From Hydrurus foetidus (lineage: Eukaryota): a stretch of DNA of 64,000 nt. Each line of letters begins with the position of its first letter. Position 1 is the first letter of the stretch. The stretch is from contig UYFQ01000587.1 in assembly GCA_900617105.1 (NCBI GenBank), positions 1-64,000 of the forward strand, given 5' to 3'. A model generated the notes under the pieces. The model saw nothing but the letters and a program-made list of their open reading frames with translations. It made no database searches and was not told the DNA's origin. Both the position numbers and the translations under genes were made by a program. This document shows positions 51,401-64,000 of this stretch, in pieces.

Positions 51401-54400
51401 TCCTATAAAGAGTGGACCTCTGAAATGCCCAAGTTCGATCAAATCACGAAGCCGTGCAACTTCAAGTAAGAGCTCATCCAATCGTGTCCCATCCCATTCT
51501 ATCCTGTGTGAACTATGCTCATCGACTCATCGCAACTGCAAGGCTCTTCATCAATGACCCTCCTCTCGACTGTCTAGTGTATTCCTCGACACCACTTAGT
51601 GTCTTGCTTCATACTGCTTTGCGTGGCCATCTACTTCACAGCTACCTCTACCCCGCTAACTTTAGGAGTTTGCCTCTTGTGATGATTCTCGTGTGCTGCA
51701 CTCCTTCCCTCAATTGTTACCAGCCATGACTTGTTTATGACGACTCTTCCTCCTTACTTAGTGGGGTCTTTGACTCGAATCTAATCTCCACAATCTGTCG
51801 ATTCAATCCAACCTATGTCTATTACCACCAATACCAATTCAACAGACGCATGAGTGAAGTAGGGCGAAGAAGGTTCCTTTTGAACCAGTGGTACAACCTC
51901 GCGACACTCCAGGGCAAGGAGGACCCAAGCATGAAATTCGAACTACAGAAGTTTCTATTAGTGACTCGTGAACTCCACGACATACACGAAATATTCCTGA
52001 CGAAATGTCCAAGTGGATTACTGAATGGGCTGCAGGCGAAACGACTGAGGACTGGACTAGCTCCCTTCCTGATGGATTCTCTCGTGTGTGTGCAGGTGGG
52101 GAACTACCACTGGTCTGAGGAGTGTCTTGGACTGACAGTAGGGGACCTCATCTTTGTGAAGCACTCTAACAGACTCAGAGGTGCAGTCAGGCTGTGTCTG
52201 CCACTCAACACCATCCTCTCAGGTATGTCTTACCCTTGTCAAATCTATTTCACGCCGTGTCGTGTCGTGTCGTTCTATGTTTTATCAACTTTGACACTGC
52301 TCTAAAAAGAGCCGATCAATTAGCGGTAAAAAGTAATATCTGATTGTATATCTGCCATGGCATACGCCATTTACCCCTCCATTTGAGTGCAGAGAAGGTT
52401 TAAACAATTTTGTATTGGTGGATGGATACAGTAACCACCTACACACGTCTCCTCCTCTCACATCCTCTGCAGTCTTGATCATTGTGAGAGTGCTGCTCGA
52501 CTTGACTTGACTCGGCTCTGAGACATCTTGATCTCGATTTCGATTTCGACTTCGATGGTCATTAGAGTTATCCCTCCTACCTCAACGTGACCTAATATTA
52601 AATGACAAAAAGAATCTGTTTTAAGCTATAAGCTAATGTGATCTCAAAATTCCTATCTATTTATCTCCTGTCACCCAGTTCGGTCCTGCGGCTTGAACGA
52701 GGTGTCCATTGCCATCCCCGACTGCTTCCCCATGATCGTGAGTACCTTCAGCAGGAAGTACGCCATACTGCTGAGAGGCGAGGAGAACAGAAATAAATGG
52801 GTAGCGGTGAGTGAGTTGCTTCTCTTGAAGCGGAGCGCCTTCGTAGCGCGACTCTTTGCCACATCTGTGCGCCATTGACTTCCACTTCCTAACACTCATC
52901 AATCTACTCCACCTTGTCCCTTCTCGTCCACATTTTCTAACTAGTGGCACTCTCCGCTTCATCTTTTTCTAACATTCATACAGGCAATATCCACAGCTAA
53001 TCCTCTGCTGAACGAGAGTTGCTCAGTGCCGAATGCTCTGAGCAACTCTCAAGAGCCAGATGCTGAAGGTGAGATGAGTGAGCACTGTACGGTATTGTAC
53101 ATAATTCAGCAATACATCATCAAATAGCGAGGGAGATCAAGTGACAAGTGACCTCCCTCCCTGCACTATCACTTCCCTGATTGTGTAGAAGCATATTCAT
53201 GATTCCTTTGTTTGCCCTTCACTTCAGCTTTTTAAATATCTCTTCATCTAAGTTGAACCCACCCTCATTCCCACTGAACATCTTCACCAGGACTACCTGC
53301 AGTGCGTCGCGAGATAGCGTGCAAGGAATCAACAGGCGATGAGTCGAACACACTCCGAGGAAACAGCAGCAGTGCCGTTTTGTCTATGCGAAGGAGGAGG
53401 CACTCTGACCCTCATGTCGCTTTTCAACCAACAGAGGGTGAGTCGATTCTTTTCTACGCAACAAAATGACTTCGCAGCTTTCTGACCTCATCCCTTTCAC
53501 TGCACACGTCTATTCGTCCATCAGGCATGTCTAGAAACAACTCCAAGTCAAGTCTGCTCGAAGCGGTGCAGCAGGAAATAATTGCAGCAACCCCACAGTC
53601 GATACGCCTGGCCGTGCCCACTTACTACAATGAGGAGTCAGAACCCGACCCCTCCCCGACCCCTTCACCCCTCCCTCCCTTCGGGGGGTCAGCAGTGACG
53701 GTTGTACAGATGCCCTCTTCACGCATGAACTGGAATATCGTCAACAGCTACTCCTCTCCTCAGCAGACACTCACTAAGGCACAGACTAACAGAGCGAGAC
53801 ACCATTCCAACAGCGTAGACATGGACACACGGCTGCACGAGAGATCCAGTGAGTATCAGGCAGAGACAGATAGGGTAGAGGTAGACGATATCAACATGAA
53901 GAGAACTGCTAGTTTCCTCAAGATTCTTTCAGGCAAGGGGAAGGGAAGGACCCCTCCTAGTGGTGCGGAGAGGAACAGCTTTCCGTACATGACCCTCTTC
54001 AAGCGCAAGAAGAATATTGGCATGGGTGATGCCTCTCTGCCTCCGTCCCAATCAAACTCCCTCTTCGGACCCTCAGATTCTGTCTCACATGGTACTGCAT
54101 CAAGGTGAGCAGAGTAATGGAATGTTCTCTGAACCATCTCCCTCCTGTGTCTGCCCTCTATCCACCTCCCTTTGATCCATGACGCGATTTCTCACATCAT
54201 CTTCTACTACTTCAGATTCAAAGACAAAGACAAAGACAAGGACAAGGGCTTCAGCAGCAGCAGCAGTAGCGGTGAGAGTCCGCACCAATATGACAGTATC
54301 GGTACGTACGCACCGACTGTCTCTGCTTCTATCTCTGTCAATCTTTTTTTGTCCGAATTATGACGATAAGAGCCATGACCAATGACAGTCATTCATCCCT

Positions 54401-57400
54401 TACCCCACCCCCCGACATCATTCCCTTATCAGGCAAGGATTATGGTGACCGTCCCAGTCGACTTCAGCGCAGCATGACAATGGGATCAGCCCCTCTGCGC
54501 AGACCGGAGATAGAGGTAGTGTCTGACCCTACCAGCGCTGTCAGTGCGTATAGGAACAGACCGCGCTCCTACCGCCCTGAAGGCCTCAGCGCCATCAACA
54601 CCACCATCCCCTTGATTGGACACTCCAACTCTAAAAGCGAAGCCAGGGACAGGAACAGTGCGAGGTCTGCCATACCATCTCCGGTGAGTACAGTGTCATG
54701 AGTGAACACCGCATAAAGCTCATTCTCCGCCAGCATATCCTCCTTACAACCTCCGCTATTATCCCTTCATACATTCTCCCTCACCTGCTCTTCATCTCTA
54801 TGGAACACCTACGTCATTTTCTCAGGCATCCACTAGCTCGTCCCACCCGTCACCTGCGTACCACCCCAAACACCTGGACCTCCTGGTGAAGCCCAAAGGG
54901 TGGATCCTGGGAGATAAACTCATCCTCAACGCCCGCTCCTTCACTAGAGAGTCTTCAAGGTGCAGGAACAAGGGAGGCGGAAAGGACGGCGACCTCTCCA
55001 ACCTATTAGACAGGCCACACTTATTGGTCGCAGCACTTCTCAAGCTAGCGTAAGTACACAACACACTCAGTATGTTGTCCTGATTGCAATTAAGGCCATC
55101 GATCGTCACTGACTGCACTGCACTACACAACTATGTATCGCCACTGCTAGTGTTTGAAACACCTCCCCCACCCCCCGCCATGTACGTGTTATCATCGGGT
55201 ACATTCAATACAGCGTCAGAGCTCCATCTCCCCATTGTTGTCCCTAAGTCTCTCCACATTGCAACTCTTCATTTCCCTCACTGCAGCTTTGAGCTCAGCA
55301 CAGCTGTGAACGAGGAACCCCCCGACAGGCCACTTAGGGCAGACACCAAGACCAGCATACGCAGCGTGCGATCCAACAGTCCATTAGGATCGCCTCGTGA
55401 GGTACGAGTCAGTTATACTTCTTCTCTTCGCCTCTTGTATTTCAACACTCCATTATTGAGTTTGCTCTCACTACTGCTGTGAGCGCGTGTTCGCCATGCA
55501 TCGTTGTAACCATTGAAGGTGGAGCACTACACAAACGCCAGTATTGATCATCCTCGTCCGTTCATCTAACAAACACGGTAACTCAATATTTTCCATGATC
55601 GTAGGCCAAGACAGTGTCGCCAAGTCACGAAGATGGTCAAAGCAGAGGTACAGCAGATAGTGCGACTAGAAGTCTGCAGGCATCACTAGACGATAGGAGA
55701 CGCGACAGTACTGATCAGACGTACGACAGCAATGGGAAGTCCAGCGTTGACGAGGTCGAGACAGACGCGGAGATCGCCAGCCACGTCACCACCACCAACA
55801 GCAGCAGCAGCAATAATAATAGCAATAGCAATAGCAATAGTAATAGTAATAAGCGCAACAGTTACTGCAAACTAACAGGCAATGCAAACGTCACAGGGGG
55901 TAACGGTTTCTTCAGCAATGGTAGTAGCGGTCAGCCCATGTCTCCCTTGGGACTGAGCGACGATCCGCATCACGACTTCATGACGGACGAGGTCCAGAGT
56001 CTGTGGATTGGATTTATGAATGGAGTGTCGCTGCTGCAGGCAGCTGACGTGTCCCAGCTGGATCCCAAGAGCGATGAAGCCCTTTGTATGTTCCTCAACC
56101 TTTACCACCTCATGGTGTTGCACTCCTCCCTCGTCATGGGTCCTCCCTGCACTGCTTACAAGGTATAACTTGAATGTACTTCGAGTGGCTGATCGACTTG
56201 TCTTTGACCACTTACACACAGTAGCTGCTATTGATATTGACAGATCACTCTCAAAATGCAGTGTGGTGTGGTATGCCATGGTGTGACGCGATGTTGCATA
56301 CTAATCAGTGCGGCTCTTCAAAGCGCGCTCCATACACCGCTGCTCTGCCGCTGTAGTATCCCATCTATCTCCACACATCTCTTTAGATTACTTGTCATCC
56401 CTTATGTTCCCCATCCGGCTGAGTGTTCTTTTCCTCTCTTACTCTTCTTCTTTCACTCTCTCTCTCTGACTCTATTGTACAGTGGATGGGATTCTTCGGG
56501 TGTGTGTCCTACGAGGTCTTCGGAGATTTCATGAGCATCGCTGAGCTCGAGCACTGCATATTGAGAAACGGTACGCATACCATACTGCACAGTACAGCAC
56601 AGCACAGTACAGTGCAGTGCAGTGCAGTGCAGTGCAGTGCAGTACAGTATATCACAGTACTCCGCTATGCAACACACAGGATAGATACACCATGTCCTGT
56701 CCTGGTGGTCCTCAGCATCGGAGGATGCATTCATACTCACCCATCACGCACACAGACTTCAGTCTTTTGTTGCTTCGAAACGATGCAACGACTTGTTCGC
56801 AAACTCTTCCACCTCTTACTTCCATCACCCTCTCTCTCCCTGTTCCCTACCACAGATATGTCTCGTCCTAAGGTCGGTATTTTCGCGAAGCACATCATAC
56901 CCCAGACTCGATTCGCCTTTGCGCTTCACAGGAAGGACGTTAGACTGCTGTGGGCTATCAACTGTGGATCTTACTCCATGCTGCCGATGGTGCCCATCTA
57001 CGAGCCACACTTGCTGGAGCAGCAATTGGATGCAGTCATGAGGTGTGCCTCGACCTGAATCTCTGTATTCTGTATTTCTGCAGTACATGCTCATGATGTC
57101 TGTGATCTACATGTAACGTAATGCAGCACCACACTCCACCTCATTATACCCCTGGATGCTCTTCCACTGCATTTCATCCCACTCTCTACTGTAGGCTCTC
57201 CATGCCGACTGATGTAACGGTCTGCGAGAAGGACAATGGCACTCTGTCTGTGACTTTGCCCATGACCTGTCAGTGGTTCGCAAAAGATGTCGAAGGTGGG
57301 AGAAGAGAGATGTGCTGCTTGCGGAGATTTAGGGGCCAAAGTGCCCTACCGTAATAAACTCAGATGGGGATGGATAGCATACCTCACTAATCAGACCCCT

Positions 57401-58079
57401 CCTTGCATCACTCCTACTTCACTGACTCACTGATCTACACATCTACCTCTCCACTGCCATGTCCTTAACACACACAGAAGCCGCCTCTCTGAGCGCTCCC
57501 GCCGCTCTCACTGTTCTGGGCGCCCCCTCTCCCTCCGTCCCCTCTTCCGCCACGTATAGACACCCCCTCATGGCCCTCGTGAAATACTGCAGGTAAGTGC
57601 GTCACTCAATTGAACTCAGCTGAATTGAACTCAGCTGAATTGGACTCAGCTGAATTCAATTTTGTTGATGTCACACTAGCCTAGCGACCAAAAACTCATC
57701 AGCTTTTGCCTCAATGGCAGTCCTTCTGATGAGTGCTAGCACACCACCCCACTCCACACCTCTCCCCAGCATGAGATGTCATACTTCAAATGAACTCCCT
57801 GTCTAGCAATTGCAATTGCAAGTGGGTTCGAGAAGTGTCTTTAGTTATCATCTTCACCGCTACGACTGTCTCAACATATCTCTGACCCTCTCTTACCTTA
57901 CTTCACTCCAATTCTCCTTCCTGTTCAGGGGAGCACAGCACCAAGCGGTGTCTCTGCTGCTGTCCAAGAAAACCTCACTCAGCACGGGCATCAAGTACGC
58001 GCCCTTCGCATACAGATGCCGCTTCTTCCACCAGCTCACAGAGGCGGACATGTGCATGGCGAACAAATCGGACCCTTGA
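48415..58079 (+). CDS. large multi-exon protein with N-terminal DUF1769-like and C-terminal DUF547-like domains (internal exon structure only partly resolved)
   Basis: PIPFENDVFVGKLLLL..FDMQVQGKFK..FMGAE..LHHSFGD..ELPHIVGP is DUF1769-like. MFLNLYHLMVLH..YEVFGDFMSIAELEHCILR..DVRLLWAINCGSYS..LEQQLDAV is DUF547-like. A possible PH-like segment lies between them (HWSEECLGLTVGDLIF..EENRNKWVA). Family names are from recall, not from a search. Confidence 0.7.
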
Positions 58080-58813
58080 ACCGATCCTATTGCCCTGCCC
58101 TTACTTCGCTCCTTCCACAGTACTTACTGTACATTTGTTTTGACGCACTCCCTCCCTCCTTCCCCTTGGGAGGGATGGGGAGATGCACACCGTCTGCTCT
58201 GCTCTGTGTATAATAGAATAGACTGATATGATTTGATATTATAGCTTTTGTTCAGTCACAGAAGATGAGGTGACATCAGATCAGATCAGATCAGATCAGA
58301 TCAGATCGAATCAAGTCGAATCAAATCAGATGAGAACGCATGTCAGATCTCACCCTATCATGTCTCTCCCTCTCCCTCATTGCATTTTCTCACTGGAGGA
58401 CTTCGAATTCTTCTTCTTCGCCTCTTCTTGACGAGTGCGCAGTGCAGTACGCCGGAATGACAATTCTTCATTCTCTGTATGTGGGTGGCTGGCTCAACAC
58501 GAAGACTGGTAAATATTTCTTTAGTTGTTGAGTGTGCATGGCAGCAATACATTTATCCAGCCCAGCACCGAATAACTAATCGACTGACTGTCCGTCCTGA
58601 AGACAAAAAACTTCAGTAGAGAAGTTATGCTGGTTGGCGTGACGTAACGTACAGTGGAATGCAATATCTGCATCAAATCTGTGCGCTTGAGCACTGTCTT
58701 GAATTGACAGAACATGGGACGGGACGGGATGGAACGGGACGGGATGGATGTTTAAGGGAGGGTATGGCTATGATGTGGTAGGGGTAGGGGTACGGGTACG
58801 GGTAATCACACGT

Positions 58814-58975
58814 GTTGAGTTGAGTTCAGATGAGTTGAGTTGAGTTGAGTTCAGATGAGTTGAGTTGAGTTGAGTTCAGATGAGTTGAGTTGAGTTGAGT
58901 TCAGATGAGTTGAGTTGAGTTGAGTTGAGTTCAGATGAGTTGAGTTGAGTTCAGATGAGTTGAGTTGAGTTGAGT
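58814..58975. repeat. pentamer array (GAGTT)n with periodic CAGAT units
   Basis: Read directly. Confidence 0.9.
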
Positions 58976-59672
58976 GTCTTTCTGGATGTGCATTAAGAAT
59001 GTGTTTTTAACATCTTCTTGACGAACACTGATGTGGCATCTAATCATAAAGAATCGAATCGAATCGAATTCAATCTCATATCGCAGATCGATCATGCACA
59101 CTGACTGCACCCTTCAACAACGGAAGCAAAGGCGTCTAAAATACCTGAAATTGAAATTGATGTAAAATTTATGCTAAATAACTATCCTTGTTTTTGTAAA
59201 TTACAGCAGCTTTGAACAGTCCAATTTTACCCGATTACTCTGCACCCACTGAGTATGCATTGAGATATCGCTTTGTCCTAGGGGTGTGGAAGACCTTTCC
59301 CTCGATTTGAGAGAATAGACATTATACAGCAGTCTTTTAAGAAATGTTGTGAAAGAGCTACGAAATTCAGTCGCTCATGCGTCGCTAACATGCATTCAAA
59401 ATCAATTTCATGCGTTCAATTTCATTCGAATGTCATTTCTGACTCCGTTGAAAAAGTTTCGGGAAATCTGTATTCTGTATTCTGTTATCCTCTAAATTAT
59501 TGTATGGGTCAACCAGTCAACCTATCATCTATCATGATGCATCATGCATGATGTGCACGGACATTCAAAGCTCTCACGTTCATGTTTCTGGCTCATTCAA
59601 GGTTGCTGTCAGAACAACGTCGATGTCTCTCTTGGAGGCAACAGCGCCAGCTTCCACTATTTTATCTTTTCG

Positions 59673-60832
59673 ATGTCTTGCAATATCCTGAACGTGATGG
59701 ATGTGGAAGAGGATGACAATCAAGATTACGACATCTCACTTCAAACCGTAGATCTTACGGGGGACAGCTTTACCTCTCTTAGGTCGTCCTATAACTTTGG
59801 AAGCATCACTCAACCTGCTCATGATGCAGATTCATATGTTTTGGATGTCTGCCCAGAAAAACAGTACTCCCCAGTAATCCCTGCTGAACAGCAAACTCTT
59901 CACAAGTCTGATATGGAGGTTGACTCTTCTGCAATCAAAGGCAAAACTGACGCATCAAACATCCTGGCTGGTGACGCTATGAGTGACAATCGATTTGATG
60001 TAAGGAAAGATGCAGTTCTAGAGATAAGTCCGCCACGACAAAGCAGAAGGTCAAGCAAAGGCAAGAGGATTCCGTATACTCCAGGTGGCACCGAGCATGT
60101 CAGACGAGTTCGTCATGACTCAAAAAGTTGGCGTGAATTGGAAGCAGATGGTGAGAATAATCTCAATTAGTGTATTGCGATCGCTTTTATCGATCACCAC
60201 GTGAGCACCATAGTCAACGCCAACCGCAGTAGTTTCGCAGTATAGCAAATCTGTCAATTTTCGGCACCCACTCTCGTTTCACTAGTGTATGCTACATACG
60301 CCATGAACGCATTTTACATGTATGATTCCACCCCACTCCATCTATCCATCCTCTACACCTACTATTTATCCGAGTCACAATTTCCTAATACTCGTATATA
60401 CGATGAAATATGTGAAGGTTGGATATCTGTGTCGATCTATGACCCAATTCATCTCGCCACAAACCCCCGACAGTACTCTATTTTTCGCAACCCTCTTTGC
60501 GCCCACAAGTGGACTTTAGCAAATTTTAAGAAGGCCGAAGGCGAGGAAGATTCTCTGGAATATCTGACCGATTACTTCTATGACCTTCATGAAGTGAACA
60601 GCTATCTGAGACAAAAGAGAGATCAGGATCTGGAGAGTAGGGGTATTGTAGAAGAAGACGAAGGTGAAGAGGGCGAGAGCTCATCATCTCCAGCAAGTGC
60701 GAACGACATTCGGAATGACATTCGGAATGAGAATGAGGCGAATATCATCTTTGTGGACGGAACGACTTGTTACCGGGGAGGTGTTGAACGTTGCAACAAC
60801 AACAACAGCGATGGCAGCAGCAGTGACAGTGC

Positions 60833-60880
<48 letters not shown>

Positions 60881-63800
60881 TAGTAAAAAGAGAGAGAGCG
60901 GTATCAGCAGAGGGAGAGAGCCTAGCATCCTAACCAGCAATTACGAAGAGAGAGAAAGGGAAGAGAGAGTCGAAGTGATGCTTGATCAAGTGAGAGAAGA
61001 GTGCCAAGGGATTATAGAAAATACTGAAGCTGCGAACATCCAGTGGGAAGAGTCTGTTTGTAACAGCGATATGCAGACTGTTATGAATTTGCTGGACCCT
61101 GACCAGGGCCAAGAAGAAGAGAAGAGAAGGAGAGGAGAGGGAGAGGTTCAGGAGGTGAATTTGCTGGACCCTGACCAGGGCCAAGAAGAACAAGAGGAAG
61201 AGGTTCAGGAGGTGATAGCAGCTGATGTAGAAGTCATGGAGAGCGCAGCAAGTGCTGATGCTGTGGTGAATGCGGTTACTGACAGCGAGAAGGACAAGAG
61301 GGCTGAAAGTGCAGAAATAGAAGCAGAGATGGAGACAGATGCAGCAGCACTGGGTCTTGCTCAGAGGAGGGGAGCGAAGAGGTCATCCAGAGGGTTAGTC
61401 AGTTCCCACATCACATCATATTATCCCCTGCTCCTCTGCAGATGCGACCACATACTTCTTCTTATCAATCTGATTCTCTCCATTCCCACGTTATCTGAGC
61501 ATGTGATGATCGCGTTGGCTGCCTGTGCATCGATTTGGCTGCATTGACATTTGTTAGTTTGCTTGTACATCCAATTATCGGTCACTAGCCGCGCCACCAT
61601 TTTAATGGCGGACGCACCACACTCCCTCCAAAACAGCCGTTGATTAAGTCTTTGCGAAATCCAGTTCGCTTACAGTCCAACAGCTCTCTTCTCTTCTCTT
61701 CTCATCTTGTGCCTTGCTTCGTAACGGCATCTATCTTACATCTTTACTCGAAACATCTCCGACATGGCACAGGGCGAACCCAAGGCGGTCCTTGATAGCT
61801 GCGAATGTTCTCAACCTTTACGCAAACTTCAGTTGGGGTTAGTCAGTTCACTTCAATTCCTGACAGATACACTCTATTGTACTGTGCTGTACTTCACTGC
61901 ACCGCACTGTACTTCACAGTGCTGCACCGCACTGTAGTGTACCGCAGTGTACTGCATTGTACTGTACTTTACTGTATCGCACTGTACTGCAATGCACTTC
62001 ACTGCATTAGTCACATCCACATCAATTCTAACACTCAGACTAAAACCCATCGACTGCCGCATTCACTCGAAGCAAACAGATACAATGATTTTTTGATATC
62101 CGTCCTATTAAATGACAGATCTTGCTATTCTACAAATTTATTATATTCTACAACGTCATGCTCTGTATCGTATTGGTCTCTGCAGCACATTGTGACTGAC
62201 GTCTGCATGATTTCCGCTGCGTGCCGTCATCTCGTGAATGCCCTTCCGATTGTAACTGCTTCTCTTTTCCTCTGTAACAGTTGAGTTGGAGCAGGTGCAC
62301 CACTGGAGATTCGTGAGTCCCCTCGATCCCGTCTACAAGGCATCTCACTGCGCGCCCTCTGACATGTACCGAAACGGTTTAACGGATCTTGCCGACTGGA
62401 TCCCGCAGAACATTGAGAATGGGTTGCTGAAGGAAGGAGTGGACTACTTCTTGAATCTTTTCGAAGTGAAGAGGTACTGGAAGGACAACATTGAGGTGAA
62501 GGTTAAGGAGCAGGAAAAGGAAAAGGATATGGTACGAGAATCATCCACAGAGACCGACAAGGATAATGAAAGAGCGAGCAAGGTTCAGTATGACAGGACA
62601 ATACGGCAGAAAGGTGCAGCTGTTGCTGGAGGAGAAGAGGAGGTAGAGTGGGAGGAGAGAGAGTCAGCGGACAGCGGTGTTCCAGCCGGCTCCTTTCCTT
62701 CAATATGCGATATCGAAGGTAAGTCAAGAGCACCACTCCCTAGTCTTCCCCTATTACACCTGCCCTTCTACCCACTGGATATACAGACATTAGCTCCATC
62801 TATCACTGGATGTAGTATCTGTAACCTCACCCTAACCATCACCATCATTGTCGCCTTCTGATGCTTCTCCCCCCCTCTCCTGTCCTCCCTGTCACTACTT
62901 TGCATCTACTATCGGCTCCTTGACCGATCCGACAACATCAGGGGAGGAAGAAAAAGAAGAAGAAGTGGTTCTCTGCCAGGATCTAAGGCGGAAAGTGACA
63001 CAGAAGAAAGAGCCCCCACCCGTGCCTGTCCCCAAACCTGTAATGGACTTCGCCTCTGTGTGGGCAATTCTAGAGGCGGAGGGGTGGTGGCGCATCCGTA
63101 TAAACGATTTCTCTGACCCGGTGTACAACGCCATGAAGTTCTACTCGGAGGTGTACGTGAGTGTGATCGCCAAGGACATCTGGAACATGGAGGCCTTCAA
63201 CTTGGGGCTCATTCTATACGGAGTGCATTACTTCGACAGGTGTGTTCATCTGAGGAAGGGAGACTCATTCGGCGTGTCATGTGCTGTTTGCTTATCCGCT
63301 GCATAGCCGAACAGACAGTCTGAATCTACTCTTCTCCGCGTTATCTCTTCTCTACTCGCTGCCTTCTCACCTCCTCTTACCTTCTCTTCTCTCTCTTCTC
63401 TCACCTTCTCTTACTTTCTCTTTGATTCTCTTCTCTCTCTTTGTTCTCTTCTTTCCTTCTCCTCTCTTCTCTCTCTTCGCTTCTCCTCTCTTCTCTCTCT
63501 TCTCTTCGCTTCTCTTCTCTTAACTTCTCTCTCTTCTCTTCTCCTCTCTTTCTCTCTCCTTCTCTTCTCTCTCTTCTCTTCCTTCTCTTCTCTTCTCTCT
63601 CTTCTCTTCTCTTCTCTCTCTCTCTTCTCTCCTCATTCTCTGCTTTCTCTTACCTTCGCTTCTCTTACCTTCTCTTCGCTTCTCCTCTCTTCTCTCTCTT
63701 CGCTTCTCTTAACTTCTCCTCTCTTCTCCTCTCTTCTCTCTCTTCTCTCTTCTCTTCTCTTCAGTCCAAGGGAGGTTAGGAAGCATTTCGAAGCTAGGAG

Positions 63801-64000
63801 TGCCGCTCAAGACGAGGACACTCGCAGGTAACCTGGTCACCTACCCAGCGCGATCATCACGTACGCGCATTCCATTCAGTGGTGGAGAAGAATACCCCTC
63901 TAACCCCCACCCCACCCCACCCCACCCCACATACACACACACTCTTTCCTCTCTGTACTTGTTGCTATTCCACCCTCTAACGCATCCTATCCTATCCTCA
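59673..64000 (+). CDS. acidic protein with at least three copies of a ~65-70 aa W..LE..GW...DYF....EV..Y repeat (3' end outside window)
   Basis: Spliced exons give WRELEADGWISV..DPIH..TDYFYDLHEVNSYL, ELEQVHHWRFV..DPVY..EGVDYFLNLFEVKRYW and WAILEAEGWWRI..DPVY..YGVHYFDSPREVRKHF. Confidence 0.7.
63370..63761. repeat. intronic polypyrimidine (CTCTT)n tract
   Basis: Read directly; ends at the acceptor TCAG at 63764. Confidence 0.9.

Noticed and set aside
57608..57660. 15-bp tandem triplet AATTGAACTCAGCTG with palindromic cores
   Set aside because: Short intronic slippage repeat with no supporting evidence of function.
58814..58975. CRISPR-like regular array
   Set aside because: Simple pentamer satellite with no unique spacers, in a eukaryotic context with no cas genes.
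63281..63779. Leu/Ser/Phe-rich 'membrane protein' ORFs
   Set aside because: Translation of an intronic (CTCTT)n tract.

Overview
Intron-rich eukaryotic nuclear DNA with canonical GT-AG introns and many microsatellites. It is probably from a photosynthetic stramenopile, inferred from signal peptide + 'SF' plastid-type leaders and the protein families present; this is not proven. The first 19 kb hold two diverged Ty3/Gypsy chromodomain LTR retrotransposons. One is a 5'-truncated + strand copy (1-~5285). The other is a complete - strand copy (13306-19036) with identical 264-bp LTRs and a CCAT target-site duplication. Host genes: a CCCH-finger/DEDDh exonuclease, a TolB-like beta-propeller, a very large low-complexity protein hiding a J-domain-like HPD segment, a TPR protein with an intronic tRNA-Gln(CTG), class I aldolase, an STI1-domain protein, a CCR4/nocturnin-like EEP nuclease, prefoldin 5, a DUF1769+DUF547 protein, and a 3'-truncated protein with three MBD-like repeats. 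The most notable signal is a feature set shared by the two retroelements: TGT...CCATA LTR ends, insertion 10-30 bp from a heptamer tandem array, a conserved two-hairpin 3' UTR motif with a compensatory pair, and a splice-donor-like site at the end of gag. In the complete copy, a palindrome replaces a recognisable tRNA primer site. The pol frameshifts I checked are single-base losses in homopolymers and are probably assembly errors.
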